From NCBI RefSeq assembly GCF_001194135.2, contig NC_068981.1:18270767-18334766 (forward strand): a stretch of 64,000 nucleotides of DNA, read 5' to 3'. Origin of the DNA: Octopus bimaculoides. Taxonomy: Eukaryota. The translations under genes and the position numbers were made by a program. Within the stretch, counting starts at the first letter, position 1. Each line of letters opens with the position of its first letter. Under the pieces are notes generated by a model that made no database searches, had not been told where the DNA came from, and saw only the letters and a program-made list of their open reading frames with translations. Below are positions 49,631-62,056 of this stretch, in pieces.

Positions 49631-50934
49631 CAACCCGCACACACACACACACATGCACGCACGCACACACAGACACACGTGTGCATGAACATGTCTATGT
49701 GTGTTTGTTACAGTCTCTGTCTGTTGTAAATGACTGTCATCACCATGCAAGCATTGTCTTTATTTCCAGTCTTCTTTGAAAACATGTCTGGCCATAGAGG
49801 AATATTATCTTACTTGAAAAAAAAAAGATGAAGGTGGTGACAGAGAGGGTATTTGGCTGTAGAAAATCCACCTCAACAAATACTGTCTGACCTATGTGAA
49901 CAGGGAAAAGTGGATATTAAAATAATGATGATAATGATGATTACCATATGATAAATCTTTAAAATGTTTAGATAAAGGTTAGTAGCATATAGGTTAAAAT
50001 GTTATGTGCCATTTTGATGCATGCCATTGTAGTTTCCTTTTGAATCCTGTTGTTTCATTTGTTCTTGTATCAGTAAAATAAAAACTGGTCTTGTATTGGT
50101 TGTGGCCTTTCAAGTTGTAACCTTGCTATGTAACCATTAGTAACAAGCAATAGGAAAAAATGGTACAAATGGAATATGGGGAATAAGAGACAGACAGTTG
50201 GACGACGTGAGAAGTCACAATAGGCTGACAAAACTTCAAAAGGAAGTGGACAAAATGAAAATGTACACACACATCCACATACACATACAGAAATCTAACA
50301 ATAAAATTTGTGCAGTGAATTGTATGATGAAGAGAAGAAAAGGAAAAAAAAGGGGATTGATGCTTTTGGGTGAATCCTTTATCAGAGTAGAGTGATAAGC
50401 AAAATAAAAGAAATGAAAAAATGATATCTATATGTGTGTCTTTCTGTATGTGTCTATCCTTCTGGTACATGCTGTAGAATGGTAGTAATCAAAGGTGGGG
50501 AGCTGGTAGAGACATTTGCATGCAGGGCGAAATGCTTAGTGGTATTTCATCTGTCTTTATGTTCTGAGTTCAAATCCGCCGAGGTTGACTTTGCCCTTCA
50601 TCCTTTCGGGGTTGATAAATTAAATACCAGTTGCGTACTGGGGTCGATCTAATCAACTGGCCCCCTCCCCCAAAATTTCAGACATTGTGCCTTGAGTAGA
50701 AAAGAATGGTAGTAATCAATATCGTGTTATGTCCCTTTAAGTACCAGTTATGCACTGGGGTCGATTTAATCCACTCAATCCCTTTATGTTCCTTTAAATC
50801 TTGTTTACAAGTTTCACTAGGTTTGGCTTTGGTTTTTATTATTCCATGATCTATGAAATGCTGGCATGGGTTGGACAGTTTGACTAAGGCTGGCATGTGG
50901 AGGGGCTGCATGGGACACCAGTCTGATTTGGCAT

Positions 50935-50946
50935 GGTATTTTTCGA

Positions 50947-51001
<55 letters not shown>

Positions 51002-51077
51002 GTTCAGATCACTGCATGGAATTGAACTAACTACTAACTCCAAGATTCCGAGTTCGATTCCAAGCAGTGACCTGAAC

Positions 51078-51129
<52 letters not shown>

Positions 51130-51301
51130 TCGAAAAATACCTTTGGAATGAGAACCCAGGTTTGAAATTTTCCCAAGATACCTGAAGACGGCTGGAGGGT
51201 ATATCAGCTGAAACGTTGTGTTAACAACAAACAAGATGAGGACAAATATCCATCGAATGTAAATAATGTACATAATTCCTCATTTCTTAAATATAGAACT
51301 G
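50935..51301 (+). mobile_element. Short Penelope-like repeat with hammerhead motif and inverted 5' segment
   Basis: Arms 50935-51028 and 51051-51141 are inverted copies; the forward unit is homologous to 24932-25145. Confidence 0.6.
51177..51222 (+). ncRNA. Minimal type-I hammerhead ribozyme motif, core intact
   Basis: GAUAC-CUGAAGA-C-GGCUG(GAGGGUAUAU)CAGCU-GAAAC-GUU-GUGUU; stems I and II pair (with GU wobbles); stem III is the palindrome AACGUU. Confidence 0.65.
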
Positions 51302-51711
51302 AAGTATTGGAGTTGCTTTGATCAATTGTGACTTCCTTCACAAAATTTCTAGCTTATTTTAGAAATTATTATTTTACTTGACTTACACAATTTTGGTTTT
51401 TTCAATTTTATTAATATTCATGTTCTAACAACAAATCTTATTCCTTCGATTTAGTTCATGCATTTTTTTCTTCCCTTGGAATTCCAACATGGGACCATGC
51501 AGAGGAAGCAGACAACTAAAATTCCTATAGAAAGTCTATGATGCATATCTTTTTAAAATAGAGAGATACGTAAACAAAATTTGTCATGAAGAAATAATAG
51601 AAAACAACAAAAAAACAAAAACAAAAACAAAAAAAAACAAGCAAACTAAACAAGCTTTGTTGAAGAACAATGAGTAATAAATTGGTATTGATTTACGTAA
51701 CAGTGATACAC

Positions 51712-51765
<54 letters not shown>

Positions 51766-52121
51766 NNNNNNNNNNNNNNNNNNNNNNNNNNNNNNNNNNN
51801 NNNNNNNNNNNNNNNNNNNNNNNNNNNNNNNNNNNNNNNNNNNNNNNNNNNNNNNNNNNNNNNNNNNNNNNNNNNNNNNNNNNNNNNNNNNNNNNNNNNN
51901 NNNNNNNNNNNNNNNNNNNNNNNNNNNNCAGTACCGGTTTCGGTCATTGAGGCTTTTTCAGCTGTAAGTATGGAAAACAAATAAATTTTGGGAAAATTAA
52001 ATGAAAAGTTTTTTAAAAGAATATTTGCAAAGTATTCAAGGGGCATTTTCCTTGTTTCTGCCTGTCTCTGTCTCTCTTGTTTACTCTTGTGGGTTCAAGG
52101 TCATTGTGAATTCTTGGAAGA

Positions 52122-52153
<32 letters not shown>

Positions 52154-52159
52154 TGGGAG

Positions 52160-52740
52160 AGTTATAATAGTAGTAGTGGTCTGGTGAACTGGATGGCTGC
52201 GCCAGGCTCCAATCTAATTTGGCAGAGTTTCTACAGCTGGATGCCCTTCCTAACGCCAATCACTCTGAGAGTGTAGTGGGTGCTTTTATGTGCCACCAGC
52301 ATGAGAGCCAGTCAGGTGGTACTGGCAACAACCACACTCAAAATGGTGTTTTTTATGTGCCACCTGCACGGGAGCCAGTTCAGTGGCACTGGCAACAACC
52401 TCACTCGAATGTTTTCTAACGTGCCACTGGCTCAAGTGCCAGTAAGGCGCCACTGGTCACGATTACATTCAAATGGTGCTATTTACATGCCACTGGCATG
52501 GAAGCCAGACAGCTGCTCTGGCAATGATGACACTTGGACGGTGCAGTTAGTGTTCCACTGGCACAGGTGCCAGTCGTCAAATATGGTTCAATTACAATTT
52601 CGATTTTGATTTCACTTGCCCCAACAGGTCTTTGCAAGCAGAGTTTAGTGTCCCTACAGAAAAGGTTGGCATGGGTGCCAGTCGTTGAAGCAGAGTTTAG
52701 TGTCCAATGAAGTAAAGATACGAATAAGTGAACTGGCTAC
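52160..52740 (-). mobile_element. RTE 3'UTR fragment with several internal modules
   Basis: Conserved body plus 4-5 degenerate ggtgctttttatgtgccac modules. Confidence 0.65.
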
Positions 52741-53123
52741 ACTTCTGGCAGAGGCCACAGATTATGGTCTCATTNNNNNNNNNNCAATTTGAAATCTACA
52801 TGAAAATTAAAATAAAAATATAAAATAACCTAACATAGAAATATGAGTATATTTATCTATTAAACTTGATGAGTCACTGAATATCTAAAGAGCAAAAACT
52901 GCAGACAAAAATTCTACGTTATGCTTAATAGATAACTAAAGAATAAAAACTGCAGATGATAATTCTGTGTAATGCTTAATAGAAACTTATATACTTTATG
53001 TTGCAATATATACGAATATATATATATGTATGTATATGTTAATGCAATTGAAACAATTGTTGGATTTTTAAGGTGTCATCTAAAATATAGATATGATTTT
53101 CTTCATACATATTATTGATTGTG

Positions 53124-53163
<40 letters not shown>

Positions 53164-53395
53164 ATGTGTCTGTATATATATATAATTCCTCTCAACACAT
53201 GGCTACGATGCTCCCCCACTACATCTGCTCATGATCAGAGATGCATGTATCGTCAACTGCTAAGGGACATGCTCAACTTGCTAAGGTCAAACAACTAACA
53301 AACAAATCTGTGGTATCAAGCAGAATATTTGCTATAGTCCATCTTTTAAACCAAGACAAATCATGTACATGATAACACTTGCAATCAGTTAAGAT

Positions 53396-53633
53396 CAGAA
53401 GCCATGAGACCCACTGCCTGGAACTACATCAGGGCATTCAGAAGCCATGAGACCCACTGCCTGGAACTACATCAGGGCATTCAGAAGCCATGAGACCCAC
53501 TGCCTGGTACTACATCAGGGCATTCAGAAGCCATGAGACCCACTGACTGGTACTACATCAGGGCATTCAGAAGCCATGAGACCCACCGCCTGGTACTACA
53601 TCAGGGCATTCAGAAGCCATGAGACCCACTGCC
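53396..53633. repeat. 43-bp tandem repeat x5.5
   Basis: Unit cagaagccatgagacccactgcctgg(a/t)actacatcagggcatt starting at 53396, 53439, 53482, 53525, 53568 and 53611. Confidence 0.95.
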
Positions 53634-53639
53634 TATCCT

Positions 53640-54235
53640 TATTATTATTATTTGATGAAAACTCGTAACTTACTTTGCCGGGTATGATGGAAAGTGTCAG
53701 CTGTCCACAGTCAGTAGACTAAGGTGACACTTGTTCATTTGTCATGCCTCAAGAACTCTGCAAAGAATTCTTGCTGTTCCAAGCAATGCTGATATTTGTA
53801 AGTGTTCTACTTTCACACTTGTACCAGTCTTTTTGAGCCATGCTGGTAGTTGAGTGCTGATACTTCCAAGTGCACCAATTACTATTCGTATCACGTCTAC
53901 TCTTCTCATTAACCTTTGTATTTCCCACTTCAAATTGTCGTAGTTGTTTAATTTTCCTTCTTTCTCTATGATCCTGTTGTCACCAGGACATGCTATGTCG
54001 ATTATCATGCATGTTTTTTCTTCTTTATTCACCACAACAATGTCCGATGTCTGGTCAGATGATCACACTGAATCATTGCAACCCACAAGATTTTTTGCAA
54101 TTTTCATTCTCGGTGACTCCTTCTGGGATTTTCTCATACCACGTCCTAGTTCATTGTAGTTACGTCTTTTGGATTGGGATCAAAAAGGGCCACACCAGTA
54201 CACATAGCCCCTTTTGTTAAGCCAAGGAACTTTAT
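53640..54235 (-). pseudogene. R4/Dong-like non-LTR retrotransposon 3' end with restriction-like endonuclease
   Basis: WYEKIPEGVTEN...; IIDIACPGDNRIIEKE...LKWEIQR...IVIGALG...ALLGTARILCRVL; ends in an (AAT)n tract at 53640. Confidence 0.75.
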
Positions 54236-54855
54236 AGGATAGAGTTATTCTTTAGCTTATTGTTCAAAGAGATCCCTGTGTTTTTATTAATGGGGTCTTA
54301 AATGTATTTCTGTAAATCTATTTACCAGCTTATGCACAAATATGCTGCCTCAGTACTTTAGTTAATTACATACGGTACCAACAAATGTATTGTGATATGC
54401 AAATGAGAAAGTTTTTGTGCATTTTATTTTCCTAACCAGCTGTGAGTTACTGTGTATACAATGTCTCTGTAGATGGGATAAAGTAAATCTGATCAGATGG
54501 ATATTTTAAAAAGTTTGTTTGTTTGCGGAAACATCTTTCATGTCCTGGAAATATTTATGTTTATTTTGATATATATATATTTTAGGCAGTTGTTTTCTCA
54601 GTTGGACTAAACACACACACACACACACANNNNNNNNNNNNNNNNNNNNNNNNNNNNNNNNNNNNNNNNNNNNNNNNNNNNNNNNNNNNNNNNNNNNNNN
54701 NNNNNNNNNNNNNNNNNNNNNNNNNNNNNNNNNNNNNNNNNNNNNNNNNNNNNNNNNNNNNNNNNNNNNNNNNNNNNNNNNNNNNNNNNNNNNNNNNNNN
54801 NNNNNNNNNNNNNNNNNNNNNNNNNNNNNNNNNNNNNNNNTATATATATATATAC

Positions 54856-54906
<51 letters not shown>

Positions 54907-55805
54907 AGTATATAGCTTGAAAACATTAGTTTTATGGAGCACTTTCATAGCTGCCTGCTTCAGAAGTCATTTTCTTAATGTATTTTGATGAATAACTATA
55001 TTTACAACTGCAAATAATGCTTTTCCAGTGTTTGGTGATGTACTCTGGTGGGTTAACAACCAAAGAATGTGAACGAGTCAAATATTGTATTGAGAAATGG
55101 GTCCTTCAGGACTTGGCTAATGGTGATAACATTCCAACGTTAGACAGAGTGATGTGGTGATTGGAGTGACATGTTGGCCATATCAGTATGAATGCAATAT
55201 GTAAATCCTGCTCTAGAAATGATATAAATGATAGTGCTGATGATGATGATGATGATGATGATCATCATCATCATCATATGTACAGGTGGTCCCCTGTACT
55301 CCAAGAAGGACAGTTCTGCAATTCCTTACTGAACAACCTGCACAGATGTTTTGGTTAAAGTGATCAAATGTTTGTACTGTACATTAGCCCATTCCTCCAC
55401 CCCGTTAAATCAACCTTACCTGGGCAGGTGTATGGTGTGCCACAGGTCAGGTGTTGAAGTGATTGCAAAGCGAGGTGAGGTGGAAGTGTTTTGCTCAAGA
55501 ACACAATGCATCACCTGGTTCAGGAATTGAAACCAAGATCTTGTGATTGTGTGTGCAACACCCTAACCATTTGGCCATGAACCCTCATAGAAATGATAAT
55601 AAAGAAGAAGCCTGTGTGATCATATGTATATCTATCCGTTTGTCTGTCTGTCTGTCTGTCCATCCATCTGTCCGTCTGTCCATCCGTCTGTCTGTCAGTT
55701 GGTCACTCAGTCGCTCATTTGCTCGGTCACTCAGTTGCTTGGTCTTCCTGTCTGTCACTCGGTCAGTCAGTTGGCCAGTTAGTCAGTTGGTTGGTCGGTC
55801 GCTTG

Positions 55806-55836
<31 letters not shown>

Positions 55837-56083
55837 AGTCTGTTTGTCTGTTTGTCAGTCTGTCAGTCTGTCTGTCAGTCTGTCGGTCTGTCTGTCAGTC
55901 TGTTTGTCTGTCTGTCAGTCTGTTTGTCTGTCTGTCTATCTATTGGCGTTAGGAAGGGCATCCAGCTGTAGAAGCCTTGCCAGATCAGATTGGAGCCTGG
56001 TGCAGCCTTTTGGCTTTCCAGTCCTCAGTCAAACTGTCTAACTGATGCCAGCATTGAAAGTGGACATTAAGCGATGATGATGA

Positions 56084-56142
<59 letters not shown>

Positions 56143-56159
56143 ATATATATATATCGTTC

Positions 56160-56475
56160 TCATCATCATTTAATGTCTGTTTTCTATGCTGGCATGGCTT
56201 GGATGTTTGGTAGGTGCTGACCAGCTCTTTTGGTACGGTTTCTATGGTGATACTGCTGCAACTCTTAAGTGTCCATAGCTTGCACTGGCTACACCTGTCA
56301 AAGGCTTTCTCCATATCAACAAAAGCCAAAAACAGAGGTCTATTTTTGACCAAGTATTTCTCCTGCAGTTGCCTCACCAGAAAGATAGCATTGGTGGTGC
56401 TTTTCCCTGGTGCAAATTCAGACTTCATCTCATCTATGCTAATTCTCTTCCTAATTAATTGAGCTATGACCCTTT
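56160..56475 (-). pseudogene. Internally deleted RTE fragment
   Basis: STTNAIFLVRQLQEKY...LAFVDMEKAFDR is joined directly to CSQCKLWT and then to the 3'UTR tail. Confidence 0.7.
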
Positions 56476-56589
56476 CTGCAACTACATATATCAGCATTTT
56501 GTCTGTCTTTATGTTCTGAGTTCAAATGCCTCCGAGCTCGTCTTTGCCTTTCATCCTTTTGGGTCAATAAATTAAGTACCCATTGAGCA

Positions 56590-57000
56590 ATGACATCATG
56601 GAGAAAAGACAGCTCGTGGTGTGTCCAGCTGTGGCCCATCACTCCGATGCATGCTCGGATGCTTGGAAGGCTCTGCTGCAGTTTGGACACTGGCGCTCTG
56701 CTGGGAACATACACAAGGAGCTGGCCCTGGTCTTGCACAGTTTGCATTTTTATTGGTGCCCCTGCAATCCTGTTCTGTTCAGAGGAGGTTGTACCTTTGT
56801 TAATGCAGTTTCACCTGGCAGGGTGCTCCTGTGCTTATATTACATACTTTCAATTAGTTTCATTATCTCGTCATCTCTGTCTAATTTCGTATCTCTCTCC
56901 CTCCACTAATATTCCTCCCAGACTCTCATTTTCACTGTTTGAGGTGCTGCACATAGTTTCATTGATTCACCTCTACCACAAGGTGTCTCCTGCTGTCAAC
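56590..57000 (-). pseudogene. Decayed RTE-BovB-type 3' end
   Basis: The minus strand ends QCPNCSRAF...CIGVMGH.WTH (CxxC...H...H finger). Confidence 0.5.
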
Positions 57001-57153
57001 AAGTTGCATAAATTAGACACACGTATAGGTGTACGAGTGGCTGTGTGGTAAGTAGCTTGCTTACCATCCACATGGTTTTGGGTTCAGCCTCAGGCTGACC
57101 AAAGTCTTGTGAGTGGATTTGATAGATGAAAACTGAAAGAAGCCTATAGTGTA

Positions 57154-57184
<31 letters not shown>

Positions 57185-57705
57185 CATTATCATTTAATGT
57201 CCGTTTTCCATGCTAGCATGGGTTGGATGGTTCACCTGGGGTCTGGGAAACCAAGAGGCTACACTAGGCTCCAATCTGATCTGGCAAAATTTCTACAGCT
57301 GGATGCCCTTCCTAATGGCAACCACTCTGTGAGTGTAGTGGGTGCCTTTTACGTGCCACCAGCATGAGGGCCAGAGGATGCTGGCAATGGCCATGATTGG
57401 TTGGTGCTTTTTACATGCCACTGGCACAGGTATCACAATTACAATTTCCATTTGAATTTTATTTTGATGTTGATGTACTTGACTCAATAGGTCTCCTCAA
57501 GCACAGCAGGTCACCCTACAATCCAAGGTAAGCACAGCAGGTTGTCCTACGATCCGAGGTACTTTTGAATGGACTGGGGCTGGTTATGCGAAACTGGTGT
57601 AGGATACAGCTGTGAACTCACTTTATTTGTCGGGTCTTCGCAGTCACAGCATATCTCCAGAGGTCTCGGTCCTTCGTCATTGCCTCTGTGAGGCCCAACG
57701 TTCAA
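57185..57705 (-). mobile_element. RTE 3' end: last ORF codons plus entire 3'UTR
   Basis: The reverse of 57640-57705 matches the ORF end at 26045-26118. Confidence 0.75.
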
Positions 57706-57721
57706 GGCCCAAACATATCTA

Positions 57722-57800
<79 letters not shown>

Positions 57801-58524
57801 ATATATACCGGAGTAAGCGCATGAAATGTGCAACAAGGTGGAAAAAAGAGTACTCAAATACCAGAGGTAGAGTAATATCTATATNNNNNNNNNNTATGTG
57901 TGTGTCTGTGTTTGTCCTCCTACCATCACTTGACAACCAATGTTGGGGTGTTTACGTCCCCTGAAACTTAGAGGTTCGGCAAAGGATTCCGATAGAATAA
58001 GAACTAAGCTTACAACGAATAAGTCCTGGGGGCGATTTATTCGACTAAAGGTGCTGCTCCAGCATGGCCGCAGTCAAATGACTGAAACAAATAAAAGAAT
58101 AAAAAAATACTGTACATATGCAAGTGTATGTGTGTGAATATATCTTCATCTTATTTCAATGTCTGTCTTCCATGCTGGCATAGACTGAACAATTTGTCAG
58201 AGTCTGGCGGGTCTAAGGATTGTGCTATGCATCGCTTCTTCTTTGGTAAAGTTTCTAGAGCTTCATGCCATTTCCAATGCTACTATATTTGCATGTATGT
58301 ATGCATACATGTATGTATGTGTGTGCCTCTGTGTGTGTGTGTGTGTGTGTGCATGTGTGTATTTTTATGCTCACACATTTACATATATTTAAACTGTAAC
58401 TTCACAGATTTACTTAATTTATATGTGTGTGTGTGTGTATGCATATACACGTGCCCATCTATGTTGCATGTTGCTCACTTTTTTTCTCTTGCTTTCTGCA
58501 TACATACATATACATATATACGTA

Positions 58525-58629
<105 letters not shown>

Positions 58630-58677
58630 ATGTATATGTATATATTATATGTATATATGTGTATATATATACATATC

Positions 58678-58711
<34 letters not shown>

Positions 58712-58845
58712 CATACATACTAGCATACATGCATACATACATATATACATACATACGTACTTACATACACATGCATACACATAAAGAAATACATAATGTA
58801 TATAATATAAGCATAGTAAGAATCATATATTGATGCTGACATATG

Positions 58846-58892
<47 letters not shown>

Positions 58893-59326
58893 ATATATAT
58901 ATATGTATGTATGCATGTATGTATGTATGTATGTATGTATCTATATATGTATGTATGTATGCATGCATACCTGCGTGCATGCATTGCATATGTGTATGTA
59001 TGCATATATGTATGTATGCATGTATGTATATATGTAAATATGTATATATGTATGTATATATGTATGTACATATGTATGCATGCATGCATATTTCTTTAGT
59101 ATTTAGTAGCAAGTTAAATAATGCTATTTTAGTGGGATATTATGACAATGTGTAGCTATTTATATAACTCTGTGTTAAAACAACTGCTAGTAATAATTGA
59201 TCTCTTCCTGGCCTTACATTTTAAAAATACATTTTCATTGCAGTTAACCAGAAGCTATTTCATATAACATATTTCATATTATTTTGCTCTTAGATGTCTC
59301 CATTTATCTTAGCGTTGCCATTAAGT

Positions 59327-59374
59327 ATTAACAACAACAACAACAACAACAACAGCAACAACAGCAACAACAGC

Positions 59375-59459
<85 letters not shown>

Positions 59460-59495
59460 GCAGCAGCAGCAATAGCAATAGCAACAACTACAACA
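59327..59495. repeat. (AAC)n/(CAG)n microsatellite
   Basis: Direct reading. Confidence 0.95.
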
Positions 59496-60871
59496 CATGC
59501 TTTCAAAACTAGCATAGCAAAACAAAAGCAGTATATTCTGCTATAGATGAAGGTTTTGGTTGTTTGAAGTTGAGGCGGTATAAGCTGTGTTTTTCATTTC
59601 AAATAGGTTGAATTACTTCTGTAAGATATAATGGCTTTTGTCTCACTGCTATCTGTGTGTTTTATTAGCAATAGGAAACTTTAATGTTCTGTTGTTGCCT
59701 GTTAGAAACAGTTTTCTTAATGGAGCAGAAAAACAATGAAGAAATTGGACTTAGGTGATGCCTACAGTTGTGTTGTCTTTCTGCAGTTTTCCAATGACTC
59801 CTAGTTCCACTAATATTATCAAAATATAACACAGCAATTAATATTGCAGATAAGACATTATGCTTTATGTTTTTGTTGTTGTTGTTTCATTCATATAACA
59901 GAACGTCTGTGATAGTTCCAGATATAAATTAAATTTCAGAAGAACGCTGACAGGGAATCAGAAGACTTGATGTGAGCAATCAGGAGTTCAATACAATGTT
60001 AATATTACTGTTTAGCCCTAGGTCATCCCTAGATGAGCAAACCTAAGTTCAAAAGGCAGTTTAACTCTGACCATCTTGTCTTTTCAGACATAGTTTTTCA
60101 CAGAATACATTGTTAATTATGTACTTCCTTTTTATATAAGATGGTATGTTGCTGATTTGAAGGAAATTTGGTTGCTGTTTCTAGCAATGGGTACATAAAA
60201 ATTTAAATGGCTTTCTAGACAGGTTGCCAGTACCGTGTGACTGGCCCTCGTGCTGGTGGCACGTAAAAGTACCCACTACACTCTCGGAGTGGTTGGTGTT
60301 AGGAAGAGCATCCAGCTGTAGAAACTCTGCCAGATCAGATTGGAGCCTGGTGCAGCCTTCTGGCTTGCTAGTCCTCAGTCAAATCGTTCAACTCATGCTA
60401 GCATGGAAAGCAGACGTTAAATGATGATAATGATGATGATGATGATGAGAACCAAACCAACAAGTTATTTCTGTTCCTGAGGTTGTCATCATCATTATTT
60501 AATGCTCCCTTTTCTATGCTTGCAAGGGTCAGATGGAATTTGTTGAGACAAATTTGTCTTCTGTGGCCAGATGCCTTTCCTGTAATCAAGCCTTAAGTGT
60601 TTCAAACCATGGTAATATTTCCTCATGGCTAGTCATTTTTTTCATGGAAAACTAGAAAAGAACAACCTCACTTATATGGTGCTGATGCTCATTCACAACC
60701 ATTACATGATGTCTAGACACAGGTGTACACACACACACACACATATACACAAACACACACACACACACACACGCATATGCATATATTCATGCTCCCTCCA
60801 TATATATATATTATGGAGATGTACTTGCATAGCAAATGACCTGATCTGAGATCATGTGCTGAAACAAAAAC

Positions 60872-61105
60872 AATTGCAGCATGGAAGGTGTTTATAAGCC
60901 ATTTAGATTCACTTCAACATTTATATTTAATTTACCAAAATATTTTCGTTGCTTTGAGACCGCAACCTATTCACTTTCGTCAGTGAACAGGTCGCGGTCT
61001 CAAAGCGACGAAAATATTTTGGTAAATTAAATTTAAATTTTGAAGTAAATCTAATGGTTTTTGTGTATTTTTAAATGGCTTATAAACACCTTCCATGCTG
61101 CAATT
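60872..61105. mobile_element. Foldback palindrome with ~100-bp arms containing a hammerhead-like core
   Basis: aattgcagcatggaaggtgtttataagccattt ... aaatggcttataaacaccttccatgctgcaatt; 6-nt central loop ttcgtc; the left arm lacks about 20 nt. Confidence 0.75.
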
Positions 61106-61109
61106 CTTC

Positions 61110-61645
61110 ATCATCATCATCATCATTGTTTAATGTCCGTTTTCCATGTTAGCATGGGTTGGATGGTTTGACCGGGGTCTGGGAGGCCAGGAGGCTGCAC
61201 CAGGCTCTAGTCTGATCTGGCAATGTTTCTACAGCTGGATGCCCTTCCTGATGCCAATCACTTCATGAGTGTAGTAGGTGCTTTTTTTACGTGCCACTGG
61301 CACAGAGGCCAGAGGAGGCTGGCAATGGCTACGATCGGTTGGTCCTTTTTACATGCCACCGGCATGGAAACCAGTCAAGGTGGCGCTGGCATCGGCCATG
61401 TTCGGATGCTGCTTTTTATGTGCCACCGGCACAATTTCCATTTGATTTTCATTTTGATGTTGATGTACTTGACTCAAAAGGTCTCCTCAAGCACAGCAGG
61501 TCGCCTTATGATCCAAGGTACTTTTAAATGGGCTGGGGCTGGTTATGCGAAACTGGTGTAGGATACAGCTGTGAACTCACTTTATTTGTTGGCTCTTTGC
61601 AGTCACAGCATATCTCCAGAGGTCTCGGTCTTTCATCATTGCTTC
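61110..61645 (-). mobile_element. RTE 3' end (ORF terminus plus 3'UTR)
   Basis: Highly similar to 57185-57690. Confidence 0.75.
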
Positions 61646-61843
61646 AGGGAATGGAGTAGATAAAATCCAGGCTATATATGTTTCATGATTAGCAGCCTCT
61701 CAGAAGTAGTAATTATCCAAAAGGAGGGGTAGACTGCAAGCTGTTCTTCAGGCTAAGGATACCTTGATTACATAAAGCTCACATTGTCGTTAGGAGAACC
61801 TGTGTTAACCTGCAGGGGATTTGATCAAAATGTCATAAATATA

Positions 61844-62036
61844 CAGTAGAACCTTGGTTTTTGAACAACTCTGATTACAAATAAATCGTACTTTATCTCC
61901 TGTCTTTCTCATATTCATTTAATACAATAGTACCTCGGTTTACGAACCCCTCTAATCACGAATAAATTGTGCTTTATATATATATAAAGCATGATTTATT
62001 CGTGATCAGAGTTGTTTGAGAACCAAGGTACTACTG
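61844..62036. mobile_element. Tigger/pogo-like MITE
   Basis: ~52-bp TIRs cagtagaaccttggtt... / ...aaccaaggtactactg with TA flanks; a third internal arm at about 61926-61977. Confidence 0.7.
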
Positions 62037-62056
62037 TATATATATATATATATATA

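Noticed and set aside
48976-49779. WSSSH/GVHPT repeat protein; CRISPR-like appearance
   Set aside because: A 15-bp tandem repeat with no spacers, embedded in a SINE in eukaryotic DNA.
55029-55160. Candidate exon CLVMYSGGLTTKECERVKY...
   Set aside because: No good donor and no recognisable similarity.
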